Source: the human T2T-CHM13v2.0 reference genome, Homo sapiens. From it: a stretch of DNA of 64,000 bases. The notes below the pieces were generated by a model, which was not told the origin of the DNA, searched no databases, and worked only from the letters and a program-made list of their open reading frames with translations. The stretch is taken from assembly GCF_009914755.1 (NCBI RefSeq), contig NC_060933.1; one strand, written 5' to 3'. A program made the position numbers and the translations under genes. Shown here piece after piece: positions 58,955 to 64,000 of this stretch; the first letter of the stretch is position 1, and each line of letters opens with the position of its first letter.

Positions 58955-59906
58955 TAATTATGTATTTACATTTTACTTTACATACGTAAGATCACAGCCA
59001 AGGAGGTTAACTATAATTTCAAATTTTATTACCAGCCACTTGTGCTATTTTATCACATTTGAAAATATTCACTCTTACTATATTTACTTTAAACAGTGAT
59101 CTATAAATTTGTTTAGACAATAATAATTAAGGACCTTTTCTTCTTCAGAATGATAAAAAAATTAATGATGTATTGAAGATACTACTAAAGAAACTTTACT
59201 TTTGGAGTATGGCCTCTGCATTGAAGATCTGTAGGATTTTTTAAAATTAATTTTCAAGTCTTTCCATGACCTCTCTGTTCTAAGAAATATCATCTTTGTA
59301 ATAATTTGTGTGAATACTTTACAAATCAAAAATTGATTCACAATACTGTACTACCATAATCACTAATTTTAAGTCTCTTAAACATTTTCTATATTACTTT
59401 TCTTGATTATAAAATGTCAATAATATGGGCATGCTCTTAATATAACAGAATATTTAATTATATTATTTTTCCCATCAACCCACCAGTCATTTATTAATTA
59501 CATTGGCCATTTCCATTGATTGGCAGGAGGCTCTTCCATGAACATCTCCTATCATTTCCACTGTATCATTTTTCTTGCCAGACTTAGTTCATTTTCAGCC
59601 TGAAGAATCACCTCTTTTATTTGAACACCTTGAAGTTGGTCTTCTAATTTTTTAACATCTGGTTCTGCTTTAACCATAGCCAATTTCTCATCTGCAATCT
59701 GTTCTGTATACTTTCTATGTGCTGCTTTTTAAGGGGTTTGCTTAAGAACATCAAGGATCTTTGTGTACAATATTCTTAGCCTCTTACATTTTAGCAGACT
59801 GATTTTAGTTGCTTGTCTTGTGTGGACTCTTGCATACAGCCAATCCCATGAGGCCAGTGGTCTTCTTCAGCACACCTGCCATGACAGCGCCAATGAGCCA
59901 GTCGGA
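58955..59906 (-). pseudogene. NDUFA5P4: NDUFA5 processed pseudogene (CDS-like 59882-59498 plus UTR remnants; recalled as NDUFA5P4)
   Basis: Minus strand reads MAGVLKKTTGLMGLAVCKSPHK[34-nt insert][91 protein letters not shown]; intronless with in-frame stops; the left (3' UTR) limit and the P-number are less certain. Confidence 0.88.

Positions 59907-64000
<4,094 letters not shown>

Overview
Human genomic DNA (GC-rich, Alu/L1/L2/MIR-rich); the gene order matches chromosome 9p13.3. Left to right: a GC/CCAAT promoter fragment at the left edge (by recalled synteny the HINT2 promoter); FAM221B on the minus strand (6 coding exons, 402 aa, one GC-AG intron); a shared head-to-head CpG-island promoter (about 13.4-14.3 kb); TMEM8B/NGX6 on the plus strand (13 coding exons that splice to 924 aa, with 472-aa and 338-aa shorter forms); a frameshifted olfactory-receptor pseudogene (OR13E1P); intact OR13J1; and an L1-rich right end carrying an NDUFA5 processed pseudogene that the ORF track misses. 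Exon boundaries were derived by hand from splice sites and phase, and gene names are from protein recognition. The most notable observations are: a second, in-frame terminal exon for FAM221B; twin RFX X-boxes at the FAM221B start; a 34-nt stop-containing insert at an exon junction of the NDUFA5 retrocopy; degenerate tandem echoes of exon 3' ends in two TMEM8B introns; an intronic-polyA isoform that cuts TMEM8B inside its CREST catalytic motif; and a possible 11.6-kb TMEM8B 3' UTR antisense to the OR pseudogene. No prokaryote-type systems (CRISPR etc.) are present.
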